A stretch of DNA of 60,352 bases, the filler included, from Sphacelaria rigidula (Eukaryota): NCBI GenBank assembly GCA_964200075.2. It is 9 parts of 9 records of this genome, joined end to end, with 100 filler letters (N's around TTAATTAATTAA, not from the genome) between each part and the next. Parts side by side here need not be neighbours in the genome. Positions count along the whole stretch, not along the records: positions 1 to 6,618 come from CAXNAA020019029.1; positions 6,719 to 13,335 come from CAXNAA020019030.1; 7 more parts are not named here. One strand, 5' to 3'. The notes under the pieces are model-generated. The model was not told the origin of the DNA. It searched no databases and worked only from the letters and a program-made list of their open reading frames with translations. Both the position numbers and the translations under genes were made by a program. Shown piece after piece: positions 1 through 12,800 of the stretch (positions within the stretch are counted from its first letter, which is position 1; each line of letters opens with the position of its first letter).

Positions 1-59
1 ATGCGTGGTCAATGGTCAAACGACTAAGGCAAGCAACAAATGAGTACGCCCCCCCCCCC
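1..59 (+). mobile_element. 5'-truncated LINE 3' end with poly(C) tail
   Basis: ATGCGTGGTCAATGGTCAAACGACTAAGGCAAGCAACAAATGAGTACG-C11 matches the ORF2 C-terminus and 3' end of the LINE fragment at 51240-52545. Confidence 0.85.
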
Positions 60-88
60 GTACGATCCGCGTGTTCGTGCGTGTGCAG

Positions 89-3000
89 GTGGTACTGAAC
101 GATTTTTACGAGTGGCGATTCCAACCGTTGCTGGTCCCGCCGCCGACGCTGCAAGAGGACATGCGGCGACTCGTGAACAACCGCGAGCTCAGCGACGTGA
201 AGTTCATCGTAGATGGCTTCCCTGTCTACGCAAGGTCAGTGCTGGTCGTTTTCCATCCTTGCAACCTTTGTTCTCTACCATCGGTTCGCTCATGATTGGT
301 TTTACGAACTCTTTGATAAGATGTAACAGTGAGCGCGGTTCCCCCCCCCCCCCCCCCGAATGTTCCTTGAACTTTCGTGATGAAACACATGTGTTTTGTG
401 AACCGAGAGTGGCTTCAACTCGAACCCCATCCCAAGACAAGACCGAGAACCATCGGAAAAGAGGGTCCCGGTGATACCAGAGTCGGATTGTGCGATAGTA
501 TATCCCAAATGGGCACCATCGGGCGTCGATTTGAGTGAAAACGGTCGCAGCTCATGCTGGCGAGTCCTTGGGAATGGCTGGGCTTGCTTCGTCGTTTCAT
601 TCTGTTCCCGACTTCCCTTGCGAGACTTGTGCCGCCACCGGGCTCACCACATTATAAGACGGAAGGGAAATGCTTGTTGGGTTTTCCCTCGTGGCGCTCC
701 TTTTTTTTCGTCTCGCCATTTATTCATTCACTTCTGCTCGGGCCTTGGATGATCCAGTGCTGTGCCTCGATTGTCTCCCATCTTTTTGTGTGCTTTTGTT
801 CCCCCCGCCCCTGGTGACGCACCCATGAGGCAGTGTATAGGCCGTGGCTGTCTCTGGAAGCGGCGATACCAGAAAATAAAGCAACTCATTGTAGGCTGTC
901 ATCCAAATGCAAGATGATCAGTAGCTGAACAATCTTGGCAGGATGCAGCTCACTCTTCATGCGACTCGCCGAGCACGTCACGGCGCTTCGCGCTTGGTGG
1001 TTTGAGTGCGAGCCTGATCCGGCGAAAACCCGGCGTGCTCCNNNNNNNNNCTATGGCACACATGATCATAAGCACCCCCCCCCCCTCCACCCCCATCCCC
1101 CCAACACGTTCACATGCGACCGTGATCATCATCAGCCGGATACACCTCGCACTTCGATCGGAGCATTTCCGCGCGATGCTGTTCGGGGGAATGCGGGAGA
1201 GTGAAGCGGGCACGGAGATCGAGATAAAGGTTTGTCCGTACATGCACGTGTATGAGGCCGAACTACGTGGCCTCTCAGGTTCCACGCCATGCACCATTGT
1301 GCACACCTGCCTGCTGTACTTTCTGGCTGAAACGAGAAAGAAAATCATGCATTGCCGATATCAAGCTGACCCCCCTCCTCATGGAGAGCACTACGCGCAA
1401 TTGTCTTTCACCATGGGCCGTAAACATTACTACACTGGCAAACGCCAAACGTGGAATCAAGAATACTCGGGAGGTTGGGTAATAATCGGAATTTTCGCTT
1501 CAAGAACTGCGCAACCCGACTTCGGCGCTCTGTTCTTTCACTTCGCATCTCTCTTCATATATGTTTTAGTTTATGTTTTTTTCAACGTTTTTCTTCCTCG
1601 TCATTTGTGTGTGTGTGCCCCCTCCCACCCCTTCCCCCTATTTTCCCTCCAAATTGTTCTTCCCTCTCCGCTGTTTGCTTGGAACGAGCGTTTCCACTTC
1701 AGCGCGCAGCGTGTTCGTAAGATGACTAATGCCTTCACCGATGGCGGAGCTTCATTTCTGCTCAATGACGAGGCGTACAAATCATTGTCGAAATATTCTC
1801 AACATTTTATGTTTCTTGTTGTATTCCGACACGAGCAGTGAAACATGTTCATTTCCAAATGTTTGCTCACGCTGGCCGGATGTTTGGCATTGTTCCGTAC
1901 TTGTTATTTCTTTGTTCCTTCCTTCAATAGATTCCACTTTATATGCCAATGGTTGCTCCGACTCGAGAGCGATGCGTGATCAATGGCTAAACGGCTGAGG
2001 CAGGCGACGAATGAGTACGCCCCCCACCCCCCCTCCCCTCCAAATGTTCTTGCAGGACGTATCGCACTCGGTATTCCTGAAGCTGCTGGAGTACCTCTAC
2101 ACCGACACCCTGTCGGAAGTCACGCCGGACCAAGCGTTACATCTCCTCGTCGCGTCCGAGCAGTAAGCTATTATTTGCTCTTTTTATTGTGAAGTTTTCT
2201 CCTTTTTTTTTTTTACCGCCGTGGAAGGACAGCTGAGTCGTCTTCATCACCTACAACGTGAATATCCAGTGTTGACCTTTTTTTCTTGTACTTGATTTTT
2301 TTTCATCATGAGGGCCATAACTGGGTCACTTGGCTATTTTCGCTGTGGTTGGAGGAGCCTCATCGTACCCCCCTCACTACAGGAGAAGGCGTAGGTACAA
2401 GCACAGTGAAACTAGCTAGGGTTCAAATCAATGTCTCGTGTGGGGCAGGGGTTGGTGGCGGCACGATAAAGTTTATGATGGAAGATGCCGTATCTATGTG
2501 TGAAAATTTCCTATGTTGTCTCGAATCGCAAGTGATTGTACAGCATGGGTTACGGCTTCCAGCGTGAGCTCTGCAGTCAGTGTTGGTATTGGTGACATTC
2601 CATACAGTTGTACGGAAGAACATCCCCTGCCCGCCCACACACAGAGAGACAATGTTTGATGCGCAGAAGATTTTCGGGGGGTGGGTCATGTCCTGTTCGA
2701 TGGTTTTGCCGACGTGTGGCGCGCCCGAGGCGTATAAGTGCGGAGATGTTACATGCCTTTGGGTCGTGTCTCATGACGACCATGCGTTACGCGGTTTCAT
2801 CGTATAGTACTTCGCTTTTCTTCTCCCGGGGCATACTATTTTTCAGTAATTTCCAATTACTTTTTCTTTTTTTCAGGCAAGGGGGGAGAGGCAAATTGTA
2901 CTTTTCTCTGTTCGTGGCGATAGAAGCTGCGAGATCTGAAATATTTTTCCTTCATCGTATCTCTTCCCGTGTTTTGTTGTAAACTATATAATTGTTTTGT

Positions 3001-3771
3001 CAATAATCCGTTCAGGTACCTGTTGGGGCGGTTAAAGACCCTGTGCGAGGAGGCCATCCGGAAGAGTATCACGTTGGAAACCGTCTGCACCATCTTCCTT
3101 TTGGCGCACAAGCACAACGCCGAAGGCCTCAAGGCGAGCTTTCCTGAATTACAGCTCGCTATTGTTGTCAGATCTTCACGCCGCGTCTGATGGTTTTTCT
3201 CAGAGATGCCACTAACTTTGCGGAGTGCTGTAGCTCCAACGCATCACCGAGCGGCTTCCGTTGCCACCACCCCGTTCGTTCAGTCGAGCGGGATTGTTTT
3301 GCAGTGATGCAGATACGGTTACTTCGCATAGCGTGTCCGTAGTACTCGCCTCCACTCATTTGTTGAAAGAAGCAGAAACCGCTCTGAATTTTGGGTGAAA
3401 CAGCGGTACGGGGCTCTGATCCCCCCTGCTTCAAATTTCCGAGCACTCACTTTGACAGTAACTCACTCACGCTGACCATCGCGTTGTTTGTGACGAATAG
3501 AATGAGTTCTACGCTGTTCACAGTTCGCACAAGTCTTCCTAATGAGCGTAATTCTAAGTATTATGATGGAAGACATGCAACACGTTTTCATGATACACTC
3601 GCCTCTTGGACTCTCTCTTCACCTGAACTTGGTATAAAAATAAAAATGCAGGAAATCGCGTTGGATTTTGTACTGGACAACATGGAGGGGGTGAAGGGCA
3701 CGCCGGGTTTTTTGGAGTTGAAGCAAGAGCCGGATCTTTTGATGGAGATAATCTTCCGCCAGGCGTCGTGA
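89..3771 (+). CDS. Kelch/BTB-BACK (LZTR1-like) protein, 3' five exons; 5' part off-scaffold
   Basis: Exons 89-234, 1136-1229, 2056-2162, 3016-3133, 3652-3771 splice in phase to VVLNDFYEWRFQPLLVPPPTLQEDMRRLVNNRELSDVKFIVDGFPVYASRIHLALRSEHFRAMLFGGMRESEAGTEIEIKDVSHSVFLKLLEYLYTDTLSEVTPDQALHLLVASEQYLLGRLKTLCEEAIRKSITLETVCTIFLLAHKHNAEGLKEIALDFVLDNMEGVKGTPGFLELKQEPDLLMEIIFRQAS*. Classic BTB motifs (SDV-F-V, L-RS-F-AM-GGM-ES, F-LLEYLYT) followed by BACK-like helices. LNDFYEWRF resembles the end of a Kelch repeat (inference). The last intron uses a GC donor. Confidence 0.9.
812..1102 (+). mobile_element. SINE-like non-autonomous retroelement (about 300 bp), full length, poly(C) tail
   Basis: Same 5' start (TGGTGA..CCCATGAGG) and body as the copies at 20153-20382 (-) and 46352-46683 (+). 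Its 3' end (GTGCTCC...CATGATCATRAGYAC-Cn) is homologous to the LINE 3' end. C-runs on both flanks; interrupted by a 10-N gap. Confidence 0.85.
1951..2041 (+). mobile_element. 5'-truncated LINE 3' end with poly(C) tail
   Basis: GGTTGCTCCGACTCGAGAGCGATGCGTGATCAATGGCTAAACGGCTGAGGCAGGCGACGAATGAGTACGCCCC, a diverged copy of the LINE terminus, about 13 nt before the acceptor AG at 2054-2055. Confidence 0.8.
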
Positions 3772-6618
3772 TTTGACGTGACCCAGGAGCCTCTGCTCTC
3801 TTTTTTTTTGTTTTTGTTTTACGTCGCCGAGCAACGCGTATTCTCTTCCAAAAAGTTCAGTAGTGATCATATCTTCCCGGTTCGGAAGTAAGATGCCTGG
3901 ATGGAGGATAACAGTTGATGGTATCTCTTCGTGATGTATTTCTTCCGCTCTAAGCGTGAGTGTGCCTCGAGAGGGCGTCACAGAAGATAGGCAGACACAA
4001 CCATCAATTTTGTATGCTCTTGGGTATGATGGATGGTGTGCTTTTTTCGGCGCGCGGACGTTTCTGCACACGGGCAGAACGAGGTTTGTAAAAAAAAAAT
4101 ATGTCACGTGATTAGCCTTCACATGCTAAACGTATTGTACCATATTTACGCTACGCTCTGGAAAAAACCTGGGATTTCGGTTTTACACGCAGAGTTTTTG
4201 CACTATAGAGTACTCAAACGAGGGGACTCGCGTGGTTGTCAACGGTATGCTTCCTGCAAATCGCGCTTCGAGTACTTGGTCCATGAATGCTCTGCGAAAT
4301 GGCCCTGTTCAAGTGCGTTCGCCTCATGGAATACTGGGGTTTGTGAGCTAGGTCGACAGTGCCTTGGGGTGACAGCACGCATCCAGCACAGCGTCTTGTC
4401 GAGTCTAGCCTTGTACATGTCAAAGGGGCAGCTTGAGTTTTTAGTTGTCATCTTCAATGTATGTGCTGTAGTTTTATTTCAGGATTTGTTTTTGTTCTCG
4501 TGGTGTATATCCGTGGCGGTCAAGTAGCTGGCAGTTCGTACGACTCAGTACGAGCGCGTTCTCTCTCCCGGGAACATCACTGTACTAGCACGATAAATGT
4601 GTGTGAGGAGGTTGTAATTTATGTTTCTCAGTAAGAGTGTGCTGTTTTTTTAATGCTGTTCTTGCCTCCCCTCCCCAATATTTCACGGTCGCACTTTTTG
4701 CTGTTGGTGTATGCATGTCGATTGTTCACGTTCTATCCGTTTCGCGCGTTTTAGCCAGCCCGTTGACGTCACGGTATATATCCCGCACATTTTTTTTTCC
4801 CTCCCGTCGTTTGTTGGCGCTGCTTTTGCCGGGTCGATGTCCATCCCTCGTTGATGGAAGATGGTGTGTCTATGGCATGCCATGTCTAGGGAGTATTGTA
4901 CACAGTATGTACCAAAATAGTAGATGAGTGTTGGACAACACATCGTGATATGCTGTTGCTTCTGGCGTTTCGACGCCGTAGGCCCACGTGCCTTCGATAG
5001 GTGATGGCCTCCAGTGTATAATCTGACGCACTTTTGGCCTTGCCTTAGTTGTCTTCTCACTTCGACCACGAGTGTGGTGAACCTCAAGCCTCGGTGTTCC
5101 TGCTTCTTGTCTTTTACTCTTGCGGGTCTCTCCAAGCGTGATGGCGCATATCCGCGCTTGTGTCCTGAATTCACCCGAAGAAGGTTGAGACTTGGAATTT
5201 TTGGGGAATGGGCGAACCGTCCTTTTTAATATGTGGAGACCAAACCTGGGGCTTGGGGGATTACCGTTTTCAGCGACTGTGGTCGCTGCAACTCAACCAA
5301 GGACAATTGGGACCCTGCGTGGTGGTATGTAAGTTTTTTTGATCTGGACATTGGTGAACGTCCTCGTGTCGAGTGCATTTTGTGTTGATTTGTTTATACT
5401 ACAGGGTTAAATGTACGTGGGTGGATAGGTCAATGGATGGGAGGGGCATGAAGGGGGCTGGTGGATGCATCTGCTTGGAAATGGGGGGCTGGCTGGACGA
5501 GGAAGAATTGTGGTGAGTGAGTGGGAAGTGGATTAGGTCGAGACGGTGGTGTCGAGAGGAATTGATCGGTATTGGTTGGTTGTGAGTTCGATCGAATTTA
5601 AAAATAGCATCACACATTGTCAAAATCTGTACTGCAAAAAGGGCGGTACCAACCGGGTACCGTACTTCTGGGTTCGCCGTGGAGGTTTTTGCTTTACTCT
5701 ATACGCGATCGACTGGTTGTCTATGGAGATACTGAATTGTGACCCCACATAAAGGATCGCTGTGGCATTCTCTGGCCATTTCCCTGAGCCCTCCATGAAA
5801 GTTGGCAACGCGTGATGCCGACGTTTGTACGAGTTTTGCACGCACAGTTGGCCGCTTATTTTTTATGCTCAGTTCGTGTTCACGTCTCCTTCGTGCGTGA
5901 AACAGCAGTAGCAGAGGATTGTACTCTGACTGCGGCCGTTTGCCCTTTCCCGAAATATGTCATTCCACCGCATGTATTATGCACCCATTCAACGCCAAAA
6001 TCGGGCCTCCTCTCCCACGTTGTGTGATTTTATTTGCGAAAAACTGTAGCAGTATGACGAATATTCGGGCAGCTCACGTCTGTGGTTCCAGATTTGATCC
6101 TCTTGGGAAAAGAATAATTGTAAACATCATCACCTACCTCGGTTTGGCCAAAAGAACAACTATATTCATCACCACCTGTTCCCATACCGTGATTTTTCCG
6201 AGAAATATCTCCACCCGCCCAAGTGGTGAATTATACTGGATAACGCGCATACTTTTTTTTTCCCAAGTGAATCTTGATGCCGACTCATTCAGCAAGTAGC
6301 CTACCCTCAACGCGATTTAAGGATTAAAGATCCGGATTTTGCTGTCCACACCAGAGTCGAGTCGGACCCCAAATCAACCATAGCACCCTCCAAAGTGGTA
6401 GACTATACTATACTGGTTATAATGGTCGGTGCGCGCATCTCCTCGACATTTCTGGTCTCGACTGAAACCTCGAGTGAGGAATCACCGGAGTAACTTTTGT
6501 TCTCGACATGTGTCGGACCAGCCGGCACTGTGAACTTTCGTTCAAGTTGTCCACGGATAGGACAAATCATCACGACTCAAAATCACCAAATCCACGATTT
6601 CTTCGGCCTGATTGCCCA

Positions 6619-6718
6619 NNNNNNNNNNNNNNNNNNNNNNNNNNNNNNNNNNNNNNNNNNNNTTAATTAATTAANNNNNNNNNNNNNNNNNNNNNNNNNN
6701 NNNNNNNNNNNNNNNNNN
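6619..6718. other. artificial scaffold linker (N44-TTAATTAATTAA-N44)
   Basis: Six-frame-stop 12-mer inside 88 N; the identical 100-nt unit recurs every about 6717 nt. Confidence 0.98.
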
Positions 6719-8058
6719 TCAGAGGAAAGCACAGTTTTAGGCTTGAGCCTCATCTCGAAGTTAAACCTCAATTCGCACAATTTGTTGTTTAATATCTGTT
6801 TCGGTAGATTCGTAGTAGCTGTCATATTCATGCAGAATAATCGTGAACTTGTTTTCTCTGCATGCACTCGAATTTTGGTATACTGGGATTGATTTGTGTG
6901 AAAGAGAAATATTCCGAAGAGTTTGACGCTGAGTTTCGATATTTTGGGAGTTTATTGGGCAGGGTGACGAACGAATTTTGCATTGAATGGTAGTAACTCG
7001 AGATGAATAGGACTGGCCAACCGCTTAATTTTGAGTACAACAGGTTTGAATGCTTACGGAGTTTGGTGCTATGTCTGGAAAAACTCCATGATAGTGTATA
7101 CGCGGTACATATTGCTGTAAAATGAGCGAATGTGCTGGGAGTTTGTTTTCCTCTGACTATTCTAGGGTATGTGAAGTGAACGAGATTTCGAGGATATGTT
7201 TTTTGCGTTATGACATAATAATTAGATTCAAGCTTGCAGGTGTCCACCGATGTCGACTATCTCAACTATTCTCGGCGGTTGATAGACGGTCGATATCAGG
7301 GGGGCAGATGATGTTGTGATGGTAAATGAGGGCCTGAAATAAAACTAGTTTCCTTGTGGATATGCAGATGGTCCCCAGAAATGACCAGCGGGTATGGAAG
7401 GATTCTAGTCGAATGTGTGTGTAAGGCAGGATTCGATCCCTGTATTATGGCCACAGCGGGTTGAAGTCAAAAGGATTGTACCCGATTAGCCGCGGGTACC
7501 TGCCGCCACTACAGCCTTGATTCCCTAAAAAGTATGGCGCGTCACGGTGATTTTCGTATTATGACGAGATTGTAAGCAGGGCAGACGGATGTATGGGCAG
7601 CTGGCCTACCCCCCTGTCCCACTCGAAAACCTTGACTACAGTCTTCAGGTCTAATTGGATATAAAGAAGAGCTTTGCTCATCAGCTACCTACCGATCTCC
7701 TGTCTTCAGTGTCGCGAGTCCACAGCCTTATTGACGTGAGTCTTAGCTGTGCTGTACTATCACCCTCATTCACTATTGTTACTTGTTTGCTGGCTGTGGG
7801 GCTGTTCCCACTTAGACAGCTGGACCTTCGTCTAGAGAGAGTGAAACAGCAGTTTGGATTAGCAAGTCGGAAACAGGACCGCCTGTCTACACCCCTCAGG
7901 GGCGTGGCTTACTTGCGTTCGGCGTGTACGGCACTACTGCTTGCGGTAATTGCTTATACTTCCACATCGCAGTTGGGGCTTCAGAGGTAGCTTGTGACCT
8001 CAAGCTGGACTGTTTTTCTCCCCGTGGGCTACCGTTGTAAGCGTTCCAGCCCACAACA
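6719..8058 (+). mobile_element. 3' end of an LTR retrotransposon (copia-like): internal 3' region, PPT and a 747-bp LTR
   Basis: LTR candidate 7312-8058 is bounded by the perfect inverted 7-mer TGTTGTG...CACAACA, is preceded by purine-rich AGGGGGGCAGATGA, and holds a TATA-like TATAAAG near 7660. Segment 6745-6789 recurs in reverse complement (1 mismatch in 45) at 60306-60350. No coding domain is visible, so the superfamily is a guess. Confidence 0.55.
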
Positions 8059-9899
8059 ACTTTTCGTTGGTTTGATTTTTTCAAGCCCTGTATTTTCGGT
8101 CTTTGATTTTTACTTGATATTTGTATACACGATTCAGCGGTGTAATACACCAAGGTAAAAAGGCAGCTTCTTGAACAGCTGTTGTTTTGTTTTACTCGAA
8201 GTTGGATATACATTCTGACACGAGTTCGCTGCAGGTCTTCGATGTGCCACACGGCGTTGGTTTCAGGCAGTGGCGGCCGAACCATGAGGCGCTTCAGGTA
8301 TGAACGCGCACGTCAGCCCTCTCTTGCTGCACAAGCATATCCCCCGCACCCTGCAGGTCATATCGACGGCACAAGCCAAGCGACTGTGGCAGCATTTTGC
8401 ACTGCACAGAGAACGCATAGCGTTTTCATGCACACTCGATCTGAAGTGCCGTGCCCGTTTTCACCCACGGGCGGTTCTTCGACAATTGAACCGCTCATAC
8501 GTTCCTTGTTTAGATAAGCCCCTCAAGGGTCCCTAGCTTTTTCACCACCCTACCGACCATCTACCCCCGCAAGCACCCCTGCTCACAGTCCGTCGATTCT
8601 GTATCAACTGAATCGACCGACATGTGTCCAAACACGCGCCGATTCATGCTTGCAGGTAAAGAGTTCGCGGGCTATTTCAATCGCCGCCCGCTGCACATAC
8701 GACTTTTCTTGCCCAAACACGGAACGTTGAGCCACCATGCGCGCCCCGAATTATATCGATGCGGCATGATGGACCAGGATAAGAATGTTGTTTGTACACG
8801 AGAATGATTGAACACGACGATGCGTGAGGCTCATGTTACTTGTACACAAGCGCTCGACCCTGTATTTTTGTTACTTTTGTACGGTACCAGTGTATACTAC
8901 AGTTTGATTGCCGCCCCACCAAACATGCACTATAGTACATACTTGGTCGTCCAGAAGGCGACTCACCTTTCCCGTTGAAATATTGTTCCGAATCGGAGTA
9001 CTGACCACAGTACAGCACCGTTTCAATTACAAATGGTCCCAGCGAGAAATATCTTGCGGACGGTGAGGTGCCGTACTGTAGCATGCGTTGGTACTGCTAC
9101 ACTATCTGAACGAAGTCATCTATATTGCATTGTAGATATGAACACGGCGCGGGCATAACGTTGTGTCGGATTTTTTTTCATGTGATGCGAACAAATTGAT
9201 ATCGTAATGCACTGTCGACCATGCCCGCTGGACCACGTGAAGATCATGTGTACTATACGATGGCACACAGCATTTCGTTGTCTGGTGCTTTGTACGCTGC
9301 CGTCTACACTGCACTACACATTTGTATTTCGGTTGTGCTTGTACATTTATCGACTGTCTACCTGTACGATGTACGTCACCAAGACTCCAACTCGGCTATT
9401 TTCAGTGAACTAGGCGATGAGTACCGCCAGCTGCGCTGATATTGCCTCTGGAGATACGATACGGCATCCGAAAATTGTGTTTTTTTCCTCTCAACCTCAA
9501 AATGTTCCCAAGACAGAACTGAGCGGTTTGACGTTGCGGTTCGCTGCGTCCCACACGTATATCCCTTTATGGCATGCACGTCGTCCAATGTGCTGTTGCG
9601 CTGATGACCGTCACTGTATGTGTTGATTGTGACAATTTTCGCTTTCTTGTCTCTTTGCTACTACACTTTGTCCACCAACGCACACACATACGGGTGGTTG
9701 TGTGCCTCCGACATATTTTGTTTTTCCCTTTCGTCTGCGCCTGATTGAAAAGGTAGACCTCATGGATTGTGCGGAGTGCGCAGAACTACATGTCAATCGA
9801 CTGTCGACAGTACCCTGCCACTCTATTCCTTTATTTTTGTTCACTCCGCTTCAGTCCTCAACAACTACGCTGTCTCCCACGACGAAACGTTCACTTTTT

Positions 9900-12800
9900 A
9901 CCCATGTCTGATATCAACCGCCCTCCGACTTCATCGGAGAACGATGTCACGAAGGACGGTGCGCTCCCTACATACAGTGGTAAAACAACTGTACGATCAC
10001 CCATGCGTAATGAGACGGTTGCCAACAACAATCCGGAACGTTTCGATGTCGATGATAGCGTTCTTGCAGGGCACATTTTCAGGGATGTGGCTAAAGATTT
10101 CGATGAGGACCGTAGTTCTCCTCCCCATGCTCACCCCCCATCCCTCAGTGAACATACCTCTACACCAACCAGCCACCCAAAACGCTGATGGTGTTCCCAC
10201 TTTTCATTCTTAGATGGCATCCCTCCAAGTGAGCCCTGATGCTACTAAAAACGTTCCTGACGATGACCTCTGCACCCAAACCGGTGCTGAACCCTGTAAT
10301 AGCCCCACTCTGGCTGTTGATGACCAGCCAAGCCAGAACAATCCCAGCCCACGCGTGACGAAGCATATTTCCAGCTCAAGCAAACTTTCCCAGCCCTCAT
10401 TCCCCCGCGTTGGTACAACTTTTCAGTAAATGAACGAAAAAAGTGCTGGGACCAGATCGATAACAGCAATCTAGCACAGCTTAAACATGCGTTGAGAGAG
10501 TTGGAATTTGCCCGCCTCCAGGCGGGTCAACATGAGGGTTTTTCAGGGGTACAAAAGCCCGCGCAAGTCCCCCGTGAGATGGATGTCCATCCCGAGAACA
10601 AGCCAACAGAAAAAAATACACTCGAGCGCGCGATACGCAAATCCACGAAGGCTCTGGAAATTGTGGAGCAAGAACATAAGCTGTTGACAAAAAGACACTC
10701 GGAAACTTCGCGTCATTTTGTCCTATGTTGGCAAGTCTGGCAATCACAACTGCGTTGTACGGTCGCCTGCTCCGCCCCTGAGGCGACAACTGATTCACCG
10801 CCTGACCCACCTGACCTGGCACACTTTCAACCAGATGCAACGGCCCACTCACAAAACGGTAGACCTTTACACATGAGTGGACCTAGTGCCGCGGCTGAAC
10901 CCCGCCAGGGCGGTACCCACACAACACTGATGCTCACCTCACAACTTGACAACCTTTTGGGAACGTTCTGCAAGTTGCGGAGATTCCAAATAGCATACAG
11001 TGGGGTAACCCAGGACGCGTTGCTTAGCCCAAAAGCTAAGCCCCGCCACCTGCCCGTTCATTTTATACTTCTGTTAGTCATTTCTCATTTAGTTGGTACA
11101 ACCCCACAATTAGAAATATGCAATGACCGGAAATTCACTGCAGAAGTACCCAACACTTTTATGTCAACAATGTTTTTTGCTCGGCGAGGTCACGCACATC
11201 GCACGCACGCATCAACGGTGGCCACCGCGGGTTCAACAATGTGGTGTGGGTTCCCTGGATATGCTGACTGTCTTGAAGGGTTCCAAGACAGTCGAAGCCC
11301 GTGCACCGTTGCATGGCTATCAATTGAGCAATGACCAAACCCAACGTTTTAATCCTGGATTTGATCACCCAGTTTTACATTCACCAGGTACTAATCATAT
11401 TCAATCGAATCCCCTCCCTTCACAAGAGAGGAAGTCATGTAGTGCAGTTTCTCACGCATGAGGAGCCGAAATATCTTCTGGTACGGTAAACACTGCTGCT
11501 CCGACCGTTCATCGGAGAACACAAAATTCGAAACCTCACACTCGAGCACTCCCCAACTGCTCAAGTGCCCGGCTAACCACCCTACCGAGTTCCGCAAAAC
11601 CTACGGTACCCGGTTTCCTTTAATTTCATGAGCGTAATTATTCCTTGAAGGGTCGGAACCGCAAAGAACCCATGCTTCCCGTCGCTCAGCGGATTGGAAT
11701 GGAACCTCAAGTGACAGCGACTCAGGTGGTGCGCCAAGAGCGTTACCTAGGTTCGACTGTCCAAGAACTCATTTTAATAGCTCCTGGAGCCGCCGACCCT
11801 TTCGTGCGCTACACGCGTCACCAGAGACGGGCTCCTCCAGATGATCATGTAGATAACCCTGATGTAGCAAGCGCACGTGAACTCCAAGGAGGTGATTGCG
11901 TGTGGGCTCAGACAGATGAAAACCTTAGAGTGGAACAGGCCGGTACTCCCCAGATTTCGAACAGATCGTTACTGCTCCCTGCTCACCCCGCGTGCACTAC
12001 GTTAGGACCCATTTCCGACGAAGCGTTGCCGTCTGTAGGGACAGAGACTTCGCCAACTCATGGACGTTCGCATCCTAGTCATGAAGGCACCTCAATCGTC
12101 TGTTCGTCACCAGGCAAACAAAGTGTTATGCAAGACGACTCGTCTCCTAACTCGCCCACATTGGCCCCAATAATAGACGCCGGGTTGACCAGTACAGCTT
12201 TAGCAACCCCGCGTCTTGACGAATCGTCTCCGAAACCTCCCATGTTGGCCCTAACTAGTGATGTTATTGAGTTGATTGGCGTATCAAACTCAACACCGCG
12301 CCCCGATGAATCGCCCCCTGTTCCGACCAAGCTGGATAATGTAATTGATCCCGCTTTGCACAATGACGATTCGTCCCCCTGTTGGCCAATGAGGGCGAAA
12401 CACCAAGCACAGACCAGTTGTCGGGTCCAACCACGACAACTGCCCTTCCCCGGCATCGCCCCTCCGTTGCAGTGTATGAGATTCAACCCTCGACGGATGA
12501 AACAAATATTCCAGGCACAAACACTGACACTCCCTGCACACACCATCCTTCCGACCAACAGCTTGTCCCACAGGATCATAAACGGGTGTATTTTAGCACC
12601 TTTGTTCAAAACGCGAAACAGGATGTGCCAGATGTCATACCCGAATTCGGGCCCGATCTCGTCAGTGGTACTGTAACTATGGATGATGCTTCTTTTACGA
12701 CCAAAATAGGTTTACATGGTGGAGCGCGTGCAAACTGTCATTTGATAGCTCTTGCACTACCAGACTCTGGTTCACCTCAAACGTTCATCACCGCCAGCTG

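Noticed and set aside
825..860. SECIS-like or HDV-ribozyme-like fold in the SINE head (ATGA..hairpin; ATGAG/CTCAT pairing)
   Set aside because: No GA quartet on the 3' side, the AA loop is not conserved between copies, and there is no HDV P3/L3 element.
10492..12676. 280-aa and 343-aa ORFs as host genes
   Set aside because: Low-complexity, frameshifted pieces leading into a retropepsin motif; better explained as decayed gag.
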